This document shows, piece by piece, positions 52,644 through 62,798 of a stretch of DNA of 64,000 bases (its first letter is position 1; each line of letters begins with the position of its first letter). Position numbers and translations under genes: made by a program. The stretch comes from a virus (taxonomy: Duplodnaviria; Caudoviricetes): IMG/VR virus record IMGVR_UViG_3300025450_001231; one strand, given 5' to 3'. Under the pieces are notes generated by a model that had not been told where the DNA came from, did not search any database, and saw only the letters and a list, made by a program, of their open reading frames with translations.

Positions 52644-55318
52644 GTTACGTAGACGCATTATTTGATCGCAAAGGTGATCGCATACACATTGTAGAACGTG
52701 TAAATGGCGAACGGGTATACAAAGAGTATCCTGCCAACTATGTGTTTTATTACGATGACCCAAGGGGCAAGCACCGTACTATTTACGGCACACCTGTTAG
52801 TAGATTTACCACCAACAACGGTAAAGAGTTCCAAAAGGAAATGCGTATACAGGGTAATAAGCGACTATGGGAAAGCGATATCAAACCTGTATTCAAATGC
52901 CTTGAAGAAAACTATTTAGGTGCAGAACCTCCCAAGTTACATACTGCATTTTTTGACATTGAAGTAGACTTTGATCCTAAACGTGGATTTAGTCCAGTTA
53001 GCGATCCGTTCAATGCTATCACTGCCATCAGTGTGTATATGGATTGGTTGGAAAAACTAGTAACGCTGGTAGTACCTCCCAAAGGTATGAGCTGGGCCAC
53101 CGCAGAAGAAATTACTAAAAAGTTTGATGACTGCTATATCTTCGAACGTGAGGAAGATATGTTGGATACATTTCTTAACCTAATAGACGATGCAGATATC
53201 CTAAGCGGTTGGAACTCGGAAGGCTATGATATTCCCTATACCACTGGACGCATTACTCGTGTGCTCAGCAAAGACGACACACGCAGATTATGCTTGTGGG
53301 GACAATATCCCAATCAAAGAATGTTTGAACGCTATGGTACAGAAAGCGTAACATTTGATTTAGTTGGTAGAGTCCACTTGGACTATATGCAACTGTATCG
53401 CAAGTATACATATGAAGAACGCCACAGTTATAGCTTGGATGCTATTTCTGAATATGAACTAGGAGAACGCAAAACACAATACGAAGGCACATTAGATCAG
53501 TTGTACAACAAGGATTTTCCAACGTTTATTACTTATAATCGCCAGGATACCATGTTGTTATCACGATTGGATAAGAAACTAAGATTCTTAGACTTAGCAA
53601 ATACCATTGCTCACGATAACACGGTGTTATTGATGACCACAATGGGCGCAGTAGCAACAACAGAACAGGCAATTATCAATGAAGCACACAGTCAAGGATT
53701 GGTCGTACCTAACAGGAAACATAGAGAAGAAGAATCAGACACAGAGTCGCAGGCCGCAGGTGCCTATGTTGCTTATCCCAAAGTCGGAATGCACGACTAC
53801 ATCGGAGCAATTGACATCAACTCGCTCTATCCCTCGGCTATTCGAGCCCTTAATATGGGACCAGAAACAATTATTGGACAGCTGAAACCTGTAATGACTG
53901 ACCACTACATCAAAGAAAAGATGTCCAGTGGTTCTAGTTTTGCAGCTGCTTGGGAGGGATTGTTTGGCAGCTTTGAATACGAAGCAGTTATGCGTGGCGA
54001 TGCCGGAACTGAAATTACTGTTGAGTGGGAAGCGGATGGTACCAGTGATGTAATGAGTGCTGCTGATATTTGGCGACTGGTATTTGACAGCAACAAGCCT
54101 TGGACTATTAGTGCCAATGGCACATTGTTTACCTATGAGAAAAAAGGTATTATCCCGGGACTGCTAGAACGGTGGTATGCTGAACGTAAACAGATGCAGG
54201 CCAAGCTCAAAGAAGCTATTGCGGCCGGAGACAAGGCCGCAGAAGAATACTGGGACAAACGACAACTGGTTAAGAAGATTAACTTGAATAGTCTGTATGG
54301 TGCTATTTTGAATCCAGGTTGTAGATTCTTTGATCATCGTATTGGACAAAGTACTACACTAACTGGCAGAACTATTGCTAAACATATGGATAGTTTTGTA
54401 AATGAAGCTATCACTGGAAAATATGATCACGTGGGTGATGCTATTATCTATGGTGATACTGACTCAGTTTATTTTACTGCTTGGCCTGCTATCAAAGATG
54501 ATGTGGCAGCCGGTCGTATGGAATGGAATAAGGATACTTGTATTCAGGTATATGATAATATTGCTGATCAAGTCAATGATTCATTCCCAGGATTTATGGA
54601 ACGTGCTTGCCATTGCCCCCGTGAGATGGGCGCTATTATCAAAGGTGGCCGAGAACTTATTGCCACTAAAGGTCTTTTTATTAAAAAGAAACGATACGCA
54701 GTATTGATCTTTGACAAAGAAGGCAAGCGACAAGATGTTGGCGGTAAGCCAGGTAAAGTTAAAGCCATGGGCTTGGACTTGAAGCGTAGCGATACTCCCA
54801 AAGTAGTGCAAGACTTTTTAAGTGAAATCTTGTTAGATGTGCTAACTGGTACAGAAAAAGAAGACATTTATAAAAAGGTCAAAGACTTTAAGTTATTGTT
54901 CCAAGACCGCCCGGCTTGGGAAAAAGGCACACCCAAACGTGTCAACAACTTGACCAAGTATACTGCCGAAGAAGCAAGACTTGGTAAAGCCAATATGCCC
55001 GGACACGTTCGTGCTGCTATGAACTGGAACAATCTGAAACGTATGTACGGTGACAACTATAGTATGGGCATTGTTGATGGTATGAAGACCATCGTATGTA
55101 AACTCAAAGATAATCCACTGGGCTACACCAGCGTAGGATATCCCACTGATGAAACACACATTCCACAGTGGTTCAAAGATTTACCATTTGATGATAACCT
55201 AATGGAATCCACCATTGTAGATCAAAAGGTAGACAACCTGTTGGGAGTATTGAACTGGCAAATTGCCGAAAATACTGACATCAGTTCAACCTTTGCTGAT
55301 TTATTCACTTTTGAATAA
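52640..55318 (+). CDS. polB: family B DNA polymerase (gp43-like)
   Basis: exo FFDIEVD, GWNS..YD, D..LYRKY; pol DINSLYPS, KINLNSLYG, YGDTDS; no intron or intein seen. Confidence 0.97.
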   Translation: MSYVDALFDRKGDRIHIVERVNGERVYKEYPANYVFYYDDPRGKHRTIYGTPVSRFTTNNGKEFQKEMRIQGNKRLWESDIKPVFKCLEENYLGAEPPKLHTAFFDIEVDFDPKRGFSPVSDPFNAITAISVYMDWLEKLVTLVVPPKGMSWATAEEITKKFDDCYIFEREEDMLDTFLNLIDDADILSGWNSEGYDIPYTTGRITRVLSKDDTRRLCLWGQYPNQRMFERYGTESVTFDLVGRVHLDYMQLYRKYTYEERHSYSLDAISEYELGERKTQYEGTLDQLYNKDFPTFITYNRQDTMLLSRLDKKLRFLDLANTIAHDNTVLLMTTMGAVATTEQAIINEAHSQGLVVPNRKHREEESDTESQAAGAYVAYPKVGMHDYIGAIDINSLYPSAIRALNMGPETIIGQLKPVMTDHYIKEKMSSGSSFAAAWEGLFGSFEYEAVMRGDAGTEITVEWEADGTSDVMSAADIWRLVFDSNKPWTISANGTLFTYEKKGIIPGLLERWYAERKQMQAKLKEAIAAGDKAAEEYWDKRQLVKKINLNSLYGAILNPGCRFFDHRIGQSTTLTGRTIAKHMDSFVNEAITGKYDHVGDAIIYGDTDSVYFTAWPAIKDDVAAGRMEWNKDTCIQVYDNIADQVNDSFPGFMERACHCPREMGAIIKGGRELIATKGLFIKKKRYAVLIFDKEGKRQDVGGKPGKVKAMGLDLKRSDTPKVVQDFLSEILLDVLTGTEKEDIYKKVKDFKLLFQDRPAWEKGTPKRVNNLTKYTAEEARLGKANMPGHVRAAMNWNNLKRMYGDNYSMGIVDGMKTIVCKLKDNPLGYTSVGYPTDETHIPQWFKDLPFDDNLMESTIVDQKVDNLLGVLNWQIAENTDISSTFADLFTFE

Positions 55319-55325
55319 ACAGGCA

Positions 55326-55354
55326 TTGATTTTTCTAAATATATCATATACAAT
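55326..55354 (+). promoter_or_regulatory. sigma70 promoter
   Basis: TTGATT-17-TACAAT. Confidence 0.7.
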
Positions 55355-55377
55355 AACACAACATTAAGGAAATTAAT

Positions 55378-56109
55378 ATGAAAGACCACCTTTTAGACAT
55401 CGTACAACATACACACAGCCTCGGAGGCATTGATATTGCTAAAGTTACAGGCACAGAAGATAATACCATTTTAGAAGCACTTTCTGAAAATCGTAGCATC
55501 ATTCTGCAGGCCAAATTCAAAGGACCAGTAGCAGATTTTATTGGAGTATTTGGTATGCCTAATCTCAGCAAACTAAACACTATTTTGAATATTCCAGAAT
55601 ACAAAGAAGACGCAGTTATTACTGTTACTCGCCAAACCAAAGGCGAAGATAATGTACCAGTAGGCGTACACTTTGAAAACAAAGCTGGTGACTTTAAGAA
55701 TGATTATCGTTTTATGGCAGAAGCTATTGTAAGTGAGCAATTGAAAAGTGTTAAAATGAAATCTGTTAAATGGATTGTAGACTTTGTGCCTTCTAATAAC
55801 AGTTTGCAAAGATTGAAATTCCAAGCCAGTGCTAATAGTGAAGAGCCTAATTTTTCTGTAAAAACAGAAGGCACGGATCTTAAATTTTACTTTGGCGATC
55901 ACAGTAGCCACGCAGGAGACTTTGTGTTCCAAAGCGGTATCAGTGGCAAGTTGACTAAAACTTGGAGCTGGCCAGTTGCAGCAGTTACTAGCATTTTGAG
56001 CTTGCCCGGTGACAAAACATTTAAGATCAGTGACGAAGGTGTTGCAATGATTACTGTAGACAGTGGCATTGCTGACTACAACTATATGTTACCTGCACAA
56101 ACAAAATGA
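55378..56109 (+). CDS. sliding clamp (gp45-like)
   Basis: 243 aa beta-rich, adjacent to polB; clamp loader present in window. Confidence 0.65.
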   Translation: MKDHLLDIVQHTHSLGGIDIAKVTGTEDNTILEALSENRSIILQAKFKGPVADFIGVFGMPNLSKLNTILNIPEYKEDAVITVTRQTKGEDNVPVGVHFENKAGDFKNDYRFMAEAIVSEQLKSVKMKSVKWIVDFVPSNNSLQRLKFQASANSEEPNFSVKTEGTDLKFYFGDHSSHAGDFVFQSGISGKLTKTWSWPVAAVTSILSLPGDKTFKISDEGVAMITVDSGIADYNYMLPAQTK

Positions 56110-57671
56110 TCCGAGACGACTTAACCAGTAAGCAAAGCGACTATGCGGTATTTTTACCAGCACTCAGTAGCTTTTATGGCACTTACATAGGCAAACAAAG
56201 GCACGATCCCAACTACATAGATCCTGCTCGTATACCTGCACAATTTGAAAATGGAATTGAGGGCCTTAACTGGTTAAACAGTAAAGAAGGATACTTTCAT
56301 TACAAATGGGCATTGTATAGTGCAGGGCACGCCAATTTGGATGTTAATAAATTCGATCCCAAAGAAGATATGGTTCGCAATCGTGATCCCAATACCTTTG
56401 TATTGGGCGATAGTGGCGGATTCCAAATTGGTAAAGGGGTATGGGAAGGCGATTGGAAAGATCCCAATTGTCCCAAAGCTATGAAGAAACGTAGCCAAGT
56501 ATTAAGCTGGATGGATGCTTATATGGATCGCGGTATGACCCTGGATATTCCAGCGTGGGTAGCCCGTAGTCCTGCAGGCCAAAAGGCCACTGGCATTTAC
56601 TCATATCAAGATGCAGTTGATGCTACCTACATCAACAACGAATACTTTATGAACAATCGTACAGGTCGTTGCAAGTTCTTGAATGTGCTACAAGGCGAGG
56701 ATCACACTCAAGCAGATGATTGGTATGAACGTGTTAAAAAGTTCTGCGATCCCAAACAATACAACCGTCCGTTTGAAGGATGGGCTATGGGTGGACAGAA
56801 TATGTGTGACATACATCTTACACTTAGAAGATTGGTTGCACTGCGCTTTGATGGCCTGTTAGAAAAAGGTCTACACGATTGGATGCACTTCTTGGGCACC
56901 AGTAAACTCGAGTGGGCCACGTTGTTAACTGATATTCAACGTGCTGTTCGCAAATATCATAACAGCCAATTTACCATCAGCTTTGACTGTGCAAGTCCAT
57001 TCTTGGCAACTGCCAACGGACAGATCTACTATGATATCACTACTCCGGATCGTGGCAAGTGGAGCTATCAAATGCAACCCAGCGTTGATAATAAAAAGTA
57101 TGCTACAGACACAAGGCAGTTTGGTGATGCACTATTGCAAGACCGAATATTTGATACTTTTGTAGAAAGCCCAGTTAGTCTTAGAACACTAATCAAAGAT
57201 GTTTGTATATACAAACCCGGTGATCTAAATAAGATTGGTAAAGAAGGTAAAACTTCTTGGGATAGTTTCAGCTATGCCATTCAAATGGGTCATAATGTTT
57301 GGACACATATCGAAGCAGTTCAACGTGCCAATAGAGCATACGACAGTGGTAGTTATCCAAATATGTTGGTAGCCAGTAAAATGAATGGCAAAAAATTCCA
57401 ACAGTATGATCGCCATTTTTTCAGAGACATTGTTGACGCTATATTTGAAACCAGTGATCGTGGTCGTGCAGAAGAACTAATCGAACACTATAACAAATAT
57501 TGGAAAGCCATTCCTGGAACTCGTGGTTATACCGGTGAAAATACGCAAAATAGCAACACTATGTTCAATCAATTGTTTAGTACTGTTGACGATAATTCAG
57601 ATGATGTGTATAATACAAGAGATAACAGCGGATTAGATGAAACGAAACTTATAGAATTGGAGACTTTATAA
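56106..57671 (+). CDS. TGT/DpdA-like guanine transglycosylase
   Basis: GDSGGFQ, MTLDIP, GWAMGG, HFLG, SFDCASP align to TGT catalytic motifs. Confidence 0.85.
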   Translation: MIRDDLTSKQSDYAVFLPALSSFYGTYIGKQRHDPNYIDPARIPAQFENGIEGLNWLNSKEGYFHYKWALYSAGHANLDVNKFDPKEDMVRNRDPNTFVLGDSGGFQIGKGVWEGDWKDPNCPKAMKKRSQVLSWMDAYMDRGMTLDIPAWVARSPAGQKATGIYSYQDAVDATYINNEYFMNNRTGRCKFLNVLQGEDHTQADDWYERVKKFCDPKQYNRPFEGWAMGGQNMCDIHLTLRRLVALRFDGLLEKGLHDWMHFLGTSKLEWATLLTDIQRAVRKYHNSQFTISFDCASPFLATANGQIYYDITTPDRGKWSYQMQPSVDNKKYATDTRQFGDALLQDRIFDTFVESPVSLRTLIKDVCIYKPGDLNKIGKEGKTSWDSFSYAIQMGHNVWTHIEAVQRANRAYDSGSYPNMLVASKMNGKKFQQYDRHFFRDIVDAIFETSDRGRAEELIEHYNKYWKAIPGTRGYTGENTQNSNTMFNQLFSTVDDNSDDVYNTRDNSGLDETKLIELETL

Positions 57672-57880
57672 TGGTAGAAAATGCAACTAACATTTTGGCG
57701 ATGACCATACTTAGCGGATGTGCAGTAGTTTTGGCAATTATGTTTATTATCTTAATTAACAATTTGTTACATAAGTATTGGAAACCATTGGGTTGGTTCA
57801 GTGCGTGGGGTGTTGCACCAAGATTTGTGACTACCGAAGACGCCAAGCAAGACCCTGCAATGGATCCCAATCATAAATGA
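57671..57880 (+). CDS. small membrane protein
   Basis: one long hydrophobic helix. Confidence 0.55.
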   Translation: MVENATNILAMTILSGCAVVLAIMFIILINNLLHKYWKPLGWFSAWGVAPRFVTTEDAKQDPAMDPNHK

Positions 57881-58749
57881 AAGCACTTGTTGTTGGCTTA
57901 GGTATAGGACAGTTGTACAAAACTGTTTTAACCAATCTCGGTTATGAAGTAATAACTGTAGACTCCAATATTGCAAAAGGTGCAGACTTACCTACAGTAG
58001 ATTCTGCAGTAATAGCACACGCACCTTTTGATATTACATTTGTTTGCACACCAAATCATACACATTTTGAATTGGCCGCAAAGGTTGCACCCTACAGTAA
58101 AATTGTATTCATCGAAAAACCCGGAGTATCAAATAGTTTCAGTTGGACTAATTTGGTAACTGTGTTTAAGAAAACACGTTTTATGATGGTCAAGAACAAT
58201 ATGTGGCGCAGTAATATTGCCGAGTTACAATCGTTGGCCAGCCAATCTGATACAGTAAAGATACAATGGCTTAGGCATAATTGTATCCCTAATCCTGGCA
58301 GTTGGTTTACTACAAAACGATTAGCATTTGGTGGTGTTAGTCGAGACTTGATGCCACATTTGTTAAGCATATACATTGCTCTAAATCCCAATTGGCGTAA
58401 AGTGTCTGCAACCAACAGAAATGCAGTTACAAATTGGAAACTAGCAGATATCGAAAGTACAGAGTACGGCACAGTTAACTACAGTGGAACTTATGATGTA
58501 GACGACCGTTGTACTATTAACTTTGGCGATAAATGGGCTTTGGTTGCAGATTGGCGTACGCTCGAAGAGGACAACAGCTCAATCGATTTTATTGCTAATA
58601 CAAACACCAATGTGGAATTAGGTTGGTGTCCTGAAGATGCGTATACTGCAATGATTAAAGATGCAGTCGCTAATATTAATAATCATCAATTCTGGTTAGA
58701 TCAGTTTGAAATTGATACTTGGATTCACGAACAAATAGAAAATCTATGA
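57877..58749 (+). CDS. Gfo/Idh/MocA-family oxidoreductase
   Basis: VVGLGIG, VCTPNHTH, IEKPG, GGVSRDL.PH. Confidence 0.85.
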   Translation: MKALVVGLGIGQLYKTVLTNLGYEVITVDSNIAKGADLPTVDSAVIAHAPFDITFVCTPNHTHFELAAKVAPYSKIVFIEKPGVSNSFSWTNLVTVFKKTRFMMVKNNMWRSNIAELQSLASQSDTVKIQWLRHNCIPNPGSWFTTKRLAFGGVSRDLMPHLLSIYIALNPNWRKVSATNRNAVTNWKLADIESTEYGTVNYSGTYDVDDRCTINFGDKWALVADWRTLEEDNSSIDFIANTNTNVELGWCPEDAYTAMIKDAVANINNHQFWLDQFEIDTWIHEQIENL

Positions 58750-59696
58750 CCAACAGAATTTTATATACCAACGGACAAGGTGAATTTGCAGAAACCGTAT
58801 ACGATAAACCTCCAGTGGGCGAATACGAAATCGAAGTTCGATCAGTGTTAACCGGGGTATGTCGCAGTGATGTGGATATGATGACGGGCAGTTTTGGTCC
58901 GCTACCTTTGAATATGAGTGGACACGAAGGCCTTGGTCAAGTCACTGCAGTGGGCAAAGGTATCTACGACATTAAAATTGGCGATTATGTTGCCACACGC
59001 GGTGAGCCGGCTTATGCTGATTCTTATAATGTTCGAATTAACGAATTTGTGCGTGTGCCATCAGCAGAACCTAAATACATATTAGAACCTGTGGCCTGTG
59101 GTATTAATATTATACAACAACCTATTAGGGAAATAGCAGAACGCAGTGGCCCGGGTAAACGATTGGTAATATTAGGTAGCGGATTCCTTGCGTGGGTTGC
59201 GTATAACACTATTAAATTATTGCATTTAGACTTTGATATAACTGTAGTCGGTCATAGCAATAAAGATCTTTGGGGTAGTGCACTCAAAGATGACGCCAAA
59301 GTTGGTCATAGCAATAAAGAGCAGTGGAGTAGTGTACTTAAAGATACTGCCGAAGGCACTTACGATGTGGTAATTGATCTAAGTGGTAATACCAATGTAT
59401 TCGAAAGTGATATGGTAAATGCCGAAGCATTGATTGTGTTTGGTGCACAAAAAATGCTTACAACTGATTTCTCCAATGTGTTGTGGAAAGCCTGTACTGT
59501 TATATTCCCAAGTCCAAGGACCAAAAGGTTTATTCAGTGTATGGAAGATGCAGCATATTGGATAGAAATGGGCGATTTAGTCGTTGACAGTTTCTGGACT
59601 AAAGGCTATAATAGAGACACTGAGTGGCAAAATGCATTCAGAGATTCATTAACCCGCCCTGAGAATTATTCAAGGGGCTACATTTATTGGAAGTAA
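58746..59696 (+). CDS. zinc-dependent medium-chain dehydrogenase (start moved to ATG 58746)
   Basis: GVCRSD, GHEG.G, GD.V, LEPVAC, LGSG. Confidence 0.85.
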   Translation: MTNRILYTNGQGEFAETVYDKPPVGEYEIEVRSVLTGVCRSDVDMMTGSFGPLPLNMSGHEGLGQVTAVGKGIYDIKIGDYVATRGEPAYADSYNVRINEFVRVPSAEPKYILEPVACGINIIQQPIREIAERSGPGKRLVILGSGFLAWVAYNTIKLLHLDFDITVVGHSNKDLWGSALKDDAKVGHSNKEQWSSVLKDTAEGTYDVVIDLSGNTNVFESDMVNAEALIVFGAQKMLTTDFSNVLWKACTVIFPSPRTKRFIQCMEDAAYWIEMGDLVVDSFWTKGYNRDTEWQNAFRDSLTRPENYSRGYIYWK

Positions 59697-59697
59697 T

Positions 59698-60297
59698 ATG
59701 GCACTTGATACAGATAGCCGTAAGATGATTACCTACTTTGTAGGTACAGAAGTAGAAAACACCCCAATGAAGAATGAAACTACATTATTTGTAGTAGGCA
59801 TTCAACCAGTAGAAGACATCATTGCAATTGTCAATGAGTCATTAAAAGATCCTAATCCAAAAAATCATATCAAAAATATTTACTTTGGTACAAGCCAAAG
59901 TTTCCATCCCGAGAACGCATACGAATGGGCTGCGTGGGATGATATGATCAAACCTTTGTTGATCAAAGACTACTGGGTGACTTTAGACTTTGGTGTTGAA
60001 TATGCTCGAGAACTACACGAGAACGGTTGGTGCGAATACAACACATTCATCCCTATGATCAGTGTTAAGATTCCCTATATCAAGCTCTATAACTATAATG
60101 CTACACTAAAGATCGACGACAACACTTGGGGAGATACAAACCCCGGTGTTTGGTGCCATCCCTTAAACGAACTGCTAACCAGAAACGTCTACACAGACTG
60201 GCGTGAGTATGTTGGTGATACACCAGTGGGTGTGCCTGCCAAAGTTGAATTCGAAGATATTATACAACCACCTAAAATTAAGGCAAAAAAGAAATGA
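59698..60297 (+). CDS. conserved hypothetical protein in queuosine-pathway cluster
   Basis: TLFVVG, IYFG.SQSF, TLKIDD, GVWCH; no CxxxCxxC. Confidence 0.65.
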   Translation: MALDTDSRKMITYFVGTEVENTPMKNETTLFVVGIQPVEDIIAIVNESLKDPNPKNHIKNIYFGTSQSFHPENAYEWAAWDDMIKPLLIKDYWVTLDFGVEYARELHENGWCEYNTFIPMISVKIPYIKLYNYNATLKIDDNTWGDTNPGVWCHPLNELLTRNVYTDWREYVGDTPVGVPAKVEFEDIIQPPKIKAKKK

Positions 60298-60740
60298 TTA
60301 ATCAAGATCAACGTGCACAAATAGATAGAATTATGGCGGCTGCAGATCGTATGATCTCAGTTACATTCCAAAAGGAAGGCATTCACTGCTATCCAGCAGC
60401 TGCCACAGATCCAATGTTGGCTACAGGAGATATGTATGATGTTAGTTTTCTTGGCACTCCGCATCGTCACATTTTCCACTTCAGAGTCTATATTAGTGTT
60501 ACTCATAATGACCGCGATATTGAATTTATACAGTTCAAACGCTGGTTAGAACACTTATACTCTAATGGTACATTGGAATTAGATTATAAAAGTTGCGAAA
60601 TGATCAGTGATGATCTTTACTTACAGATCGCTGCTAAGTATCCTAACCGTACAGTTTGGATCGAAGTTAGCGAAGACGGCGAAAATGGTGCGGTAATCAA
60701 ATACAATACCACAAGACCCGATTTATCAGTTGTTATTTAA
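60294..60740 (+). CDS. queD: QueD/PTPS-like T-fold protein
   Basis: H.H motif (PHRHIFHFRV), SCEM, IEVSEDGENG. Confidence 0.7.
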   Translation: MINQDQRAQIDRIMAAADRMISVTFQKEGIHCYPAAATDPMLATGDMYDVSFLGTPHRHIFHFRVYISVTHNDRDIEFIQFKRWLEHLYSNGTLELDYKSCEMISDDLYLQIAAKYPNRTVWIEVSEDGENGAVIKYNTTRPDLSVVI

Positions 60741-60755
60741 TAATAAGGAAAACAA

Positions 60756-60965
60756 ATGTCACAACCAAAATGGCTTGAAAAATATCTAAGAATGAAACCC
60801 GAAGTCGATAGACTGTTTGATGACTTGGAAGGCTACAAAGATTTTTGTAGAATGAATATGTTGAAGTACGATGAGAAAGATTTATATCGCAGTGACCAAT
60901 ATCGCAAGTACGAGCGTTACAGGCACTATATGAATAAACAAGCAGAGTACAACAATCAGAGATAA
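60756..60965 (+). CDS. hypothetical protein
   Basis: AAGGA SD; 69 aa. Confidence 0.6.
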   Translation: MSQPKWLEKYLRMKPEVDRLFDDLEGYKDFCRMNMLKYDEKDLYRSDQYRKYERYRHYMNKQAEYNNQR

Positions 60966-60966
60966 T

Positions 60967-62037
60967 ATGACCATCTTCTTAGTTGATTTAGAAGCGGTAG
61001 AAACAAGGTATACGGGTCAATGGAAGACTCATATACCTGATTTACTTACAAAGGCAGGACACAATGTCACGATTATATCGGGCCCTAGAGATATTCCTAG
61101 CGCCACTACTCCTGGTGCATTTCTCAATTTTGGGGGCACTAATATCTATAAGGCAAGCCAAGTTGAACAACTTGGAAGACTTTTTTGTACAGGAGCCGTC
61201 CAGGCTGGCGATCATTTTATCTTTACTGATGCCTGGCATCCTGGTATCATAAACCTAAAGTATATGAGTGAGTTGTTGGGAATCCCAGTAACTACACACG
61301 GACTTTGGCACGCTGGCAGTTATGATCCTCAAGACTTTTTAGGACGATTAGTCGGAGATAAACCTTGGGTTAGATTTGCTGAAAAAAGTTTCTTTGAAGC
61401 GTTTGATCACAACTACTTTGCCACAGACTTTCACATCGATATGTTTTGTAAAAATCTATTACATATCGTAATGCCGCAAACAATTGAAGGTTTCAAAGAG
61501 ATTGGAAAAATTGTTCGCACAGGTTGGCCGATGGAGTATATGGACGATACATTGTCTGCATATAAAAATATGACCAAGCGAGATCTTGTACTGTTTCCAC
61601 ATCGTATTGCTCCCGAGAAGCAAGTGGAAATTTTTAGAGATTTGGCCACTCACTTGCCACAATACGAGTTTGTGGTATGTCAGGATCAACAGTTAACCAA
61701 AGATCAATATCATCGATTATTGGGCGAATCCAAATTGGTTTTTAGTTGTAGTTTACAAGAAACACTGGGAATTGGTTGCTACGAAGGTTCGCTAGTAGAT
61801 GCTATCCCTATGGTTCCAGATAGACTTAGCTATAGTGAAATGTATTACGATACATTCAAATACCCAAGCGAATGGACAGAAAGTTTCGAAGCATACGAAG
61901 CGCATTGTCCAGAACTTTGTGAGAAGATTATCCAATATATGGATAACTATCCCCACTTTTTGCCCAAATTAAAACAACAAACTGTTGCGCTAATTGAAAA
62001 CTTTTTCAGTTGCAATAATTTTCTAAATAAGTTATAA
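60967..62037 (+). CDS. GT-B (family 1/4-like) glycosyltransferase
   Basis: RIAPEKQ, QETLGIGCYEG, PMVPDRLSYSEM. Confidence 0.85.
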   Translation: MTIFLVDLEAVETRYTGQWKTHIPDLLTKAGHNVTIISGPRDIPSATTPGAFLNFGGTNIYKASQVEQLGRLFCTGAVQAGDHFIFTDAWHPGIINLKYMSELLGIPVTTHGLWHAGSYDPQDFLGRLVGDKPWVRFAEKSFFEAFDHNYFATDFHIDMFCKNLLHIVMPQTIEGFKEIGKIVRTGWPMEYMDDTLSAYKNMTKRDLVLFPHRIAPEKQVEIFRDLATHLPQYEFVVCQDQQLTKDQYHRLLGESKLVFSCSLQETLGIGCYEGSLVDAIPMVPDRLSYSEMYYDTFKYPSEWTESFEAYEAHCPELCEKIIQYMDNYPHFLPKLKQQTVALIENFFSCNNFLNKL

Positions 62038-62057
62038 TAAACAAAGTTAGGAACTAT

Positions 62058-62798
62058 ATGAAATTAAAACCAGTATCATACGACAACATAGACGAAGGCG
62101 GCTATGAAGAATCTAGTTTAGCAGATGTTCTTCGTTTTAAGATGAAACGAGAAGGCAAACGCTTTTGGGCTAACGATAACATTAGTGAATATCTAAGCGA
62201 AGATGATAAAGAACGCCTAATAGAAGAAGCAACTGAAGCATTTGAGCAAGTACTGAAAACTTTACTGATCGACACAGATACCGATCCTAGTAGTAAAGGT
62301 ACTGCTCGACGACTGGCAAAAATGTACATTAATGAGGTGATGAGTGGAAGATATGATCCAGCCCCGGACGCAACAGCGTTCCCAAATGATTCGCAAGACC
62401 GTTACGAAGGTATGCTTGTTGTTCGCAGTGAACTGCGTAGTATGTGCAGTCATCATCACCAACCTGTGGCTGGTGTGGCTTATATTGGTATTATTGCTGC
62501 CAATAAACTTATTGGCTTATCTAAGTATTCCAGAATTGCACAGTGGTGTGCAAGACGAGGCACTCTCCAGGAGGAGCTTTGTAATGAAATTGCTAAAGAA
62601 ATAGGTCGAGCCACTGGTGCAAATGATATTGGTGTTTATGTTCAAATGACACACGGATGTTGCGAGAATCGAGGCATTATGGCACACAGTAGTTTAACAC
62701 AAACATCTGTGCTTAAAGGTGCATTCAAAGATGACTCTGGTACTAAGAAAGAGTTTTTTGATAATATTAAACTACAACAGGACTTTGCCCCAAGATGA
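62058..62798 (+). CDS. folE: GTP cyclohydrolase I
   Basis: GTARRLAKMY, SMCSHHH, GLSK..R, LQEEL, H.CC..RG. Confidence 0.95.
   Translation: MKLKPVSYDNIDEGGYEESSLADVLRFKMKREGKRFWANDNISEYLSEDDKERLIEEATEAFEQVLKTLLIDTDTDPSSKGTARRLAKMYINEVMSGRYDPAPDATAFPNDSQDRYEGMLVVRSELRSMCSHHHQPVAGVAYIGIIAANKLIGLSKYSRIAQWCARRGTLQEELCNEIAKEIGRATGANDIGVYVQMTHGCCENRGIMAHSSLTQTSVLKGAFKDDSGTKKEFFDNIKLQQDFAPR

Noticed and set aside
52640-55318. Intron or intein in polB
   Set aside because: Continuous 892-aa ORF with all motifs at normal spacing and no splicing motifs seen
2788-62604. Numerous 60-150-aa minus-strand or off-frame ORFs inside long + strand genes
   Set aside because: Antisense or alternative-frame shadows with no motifs or expression signals
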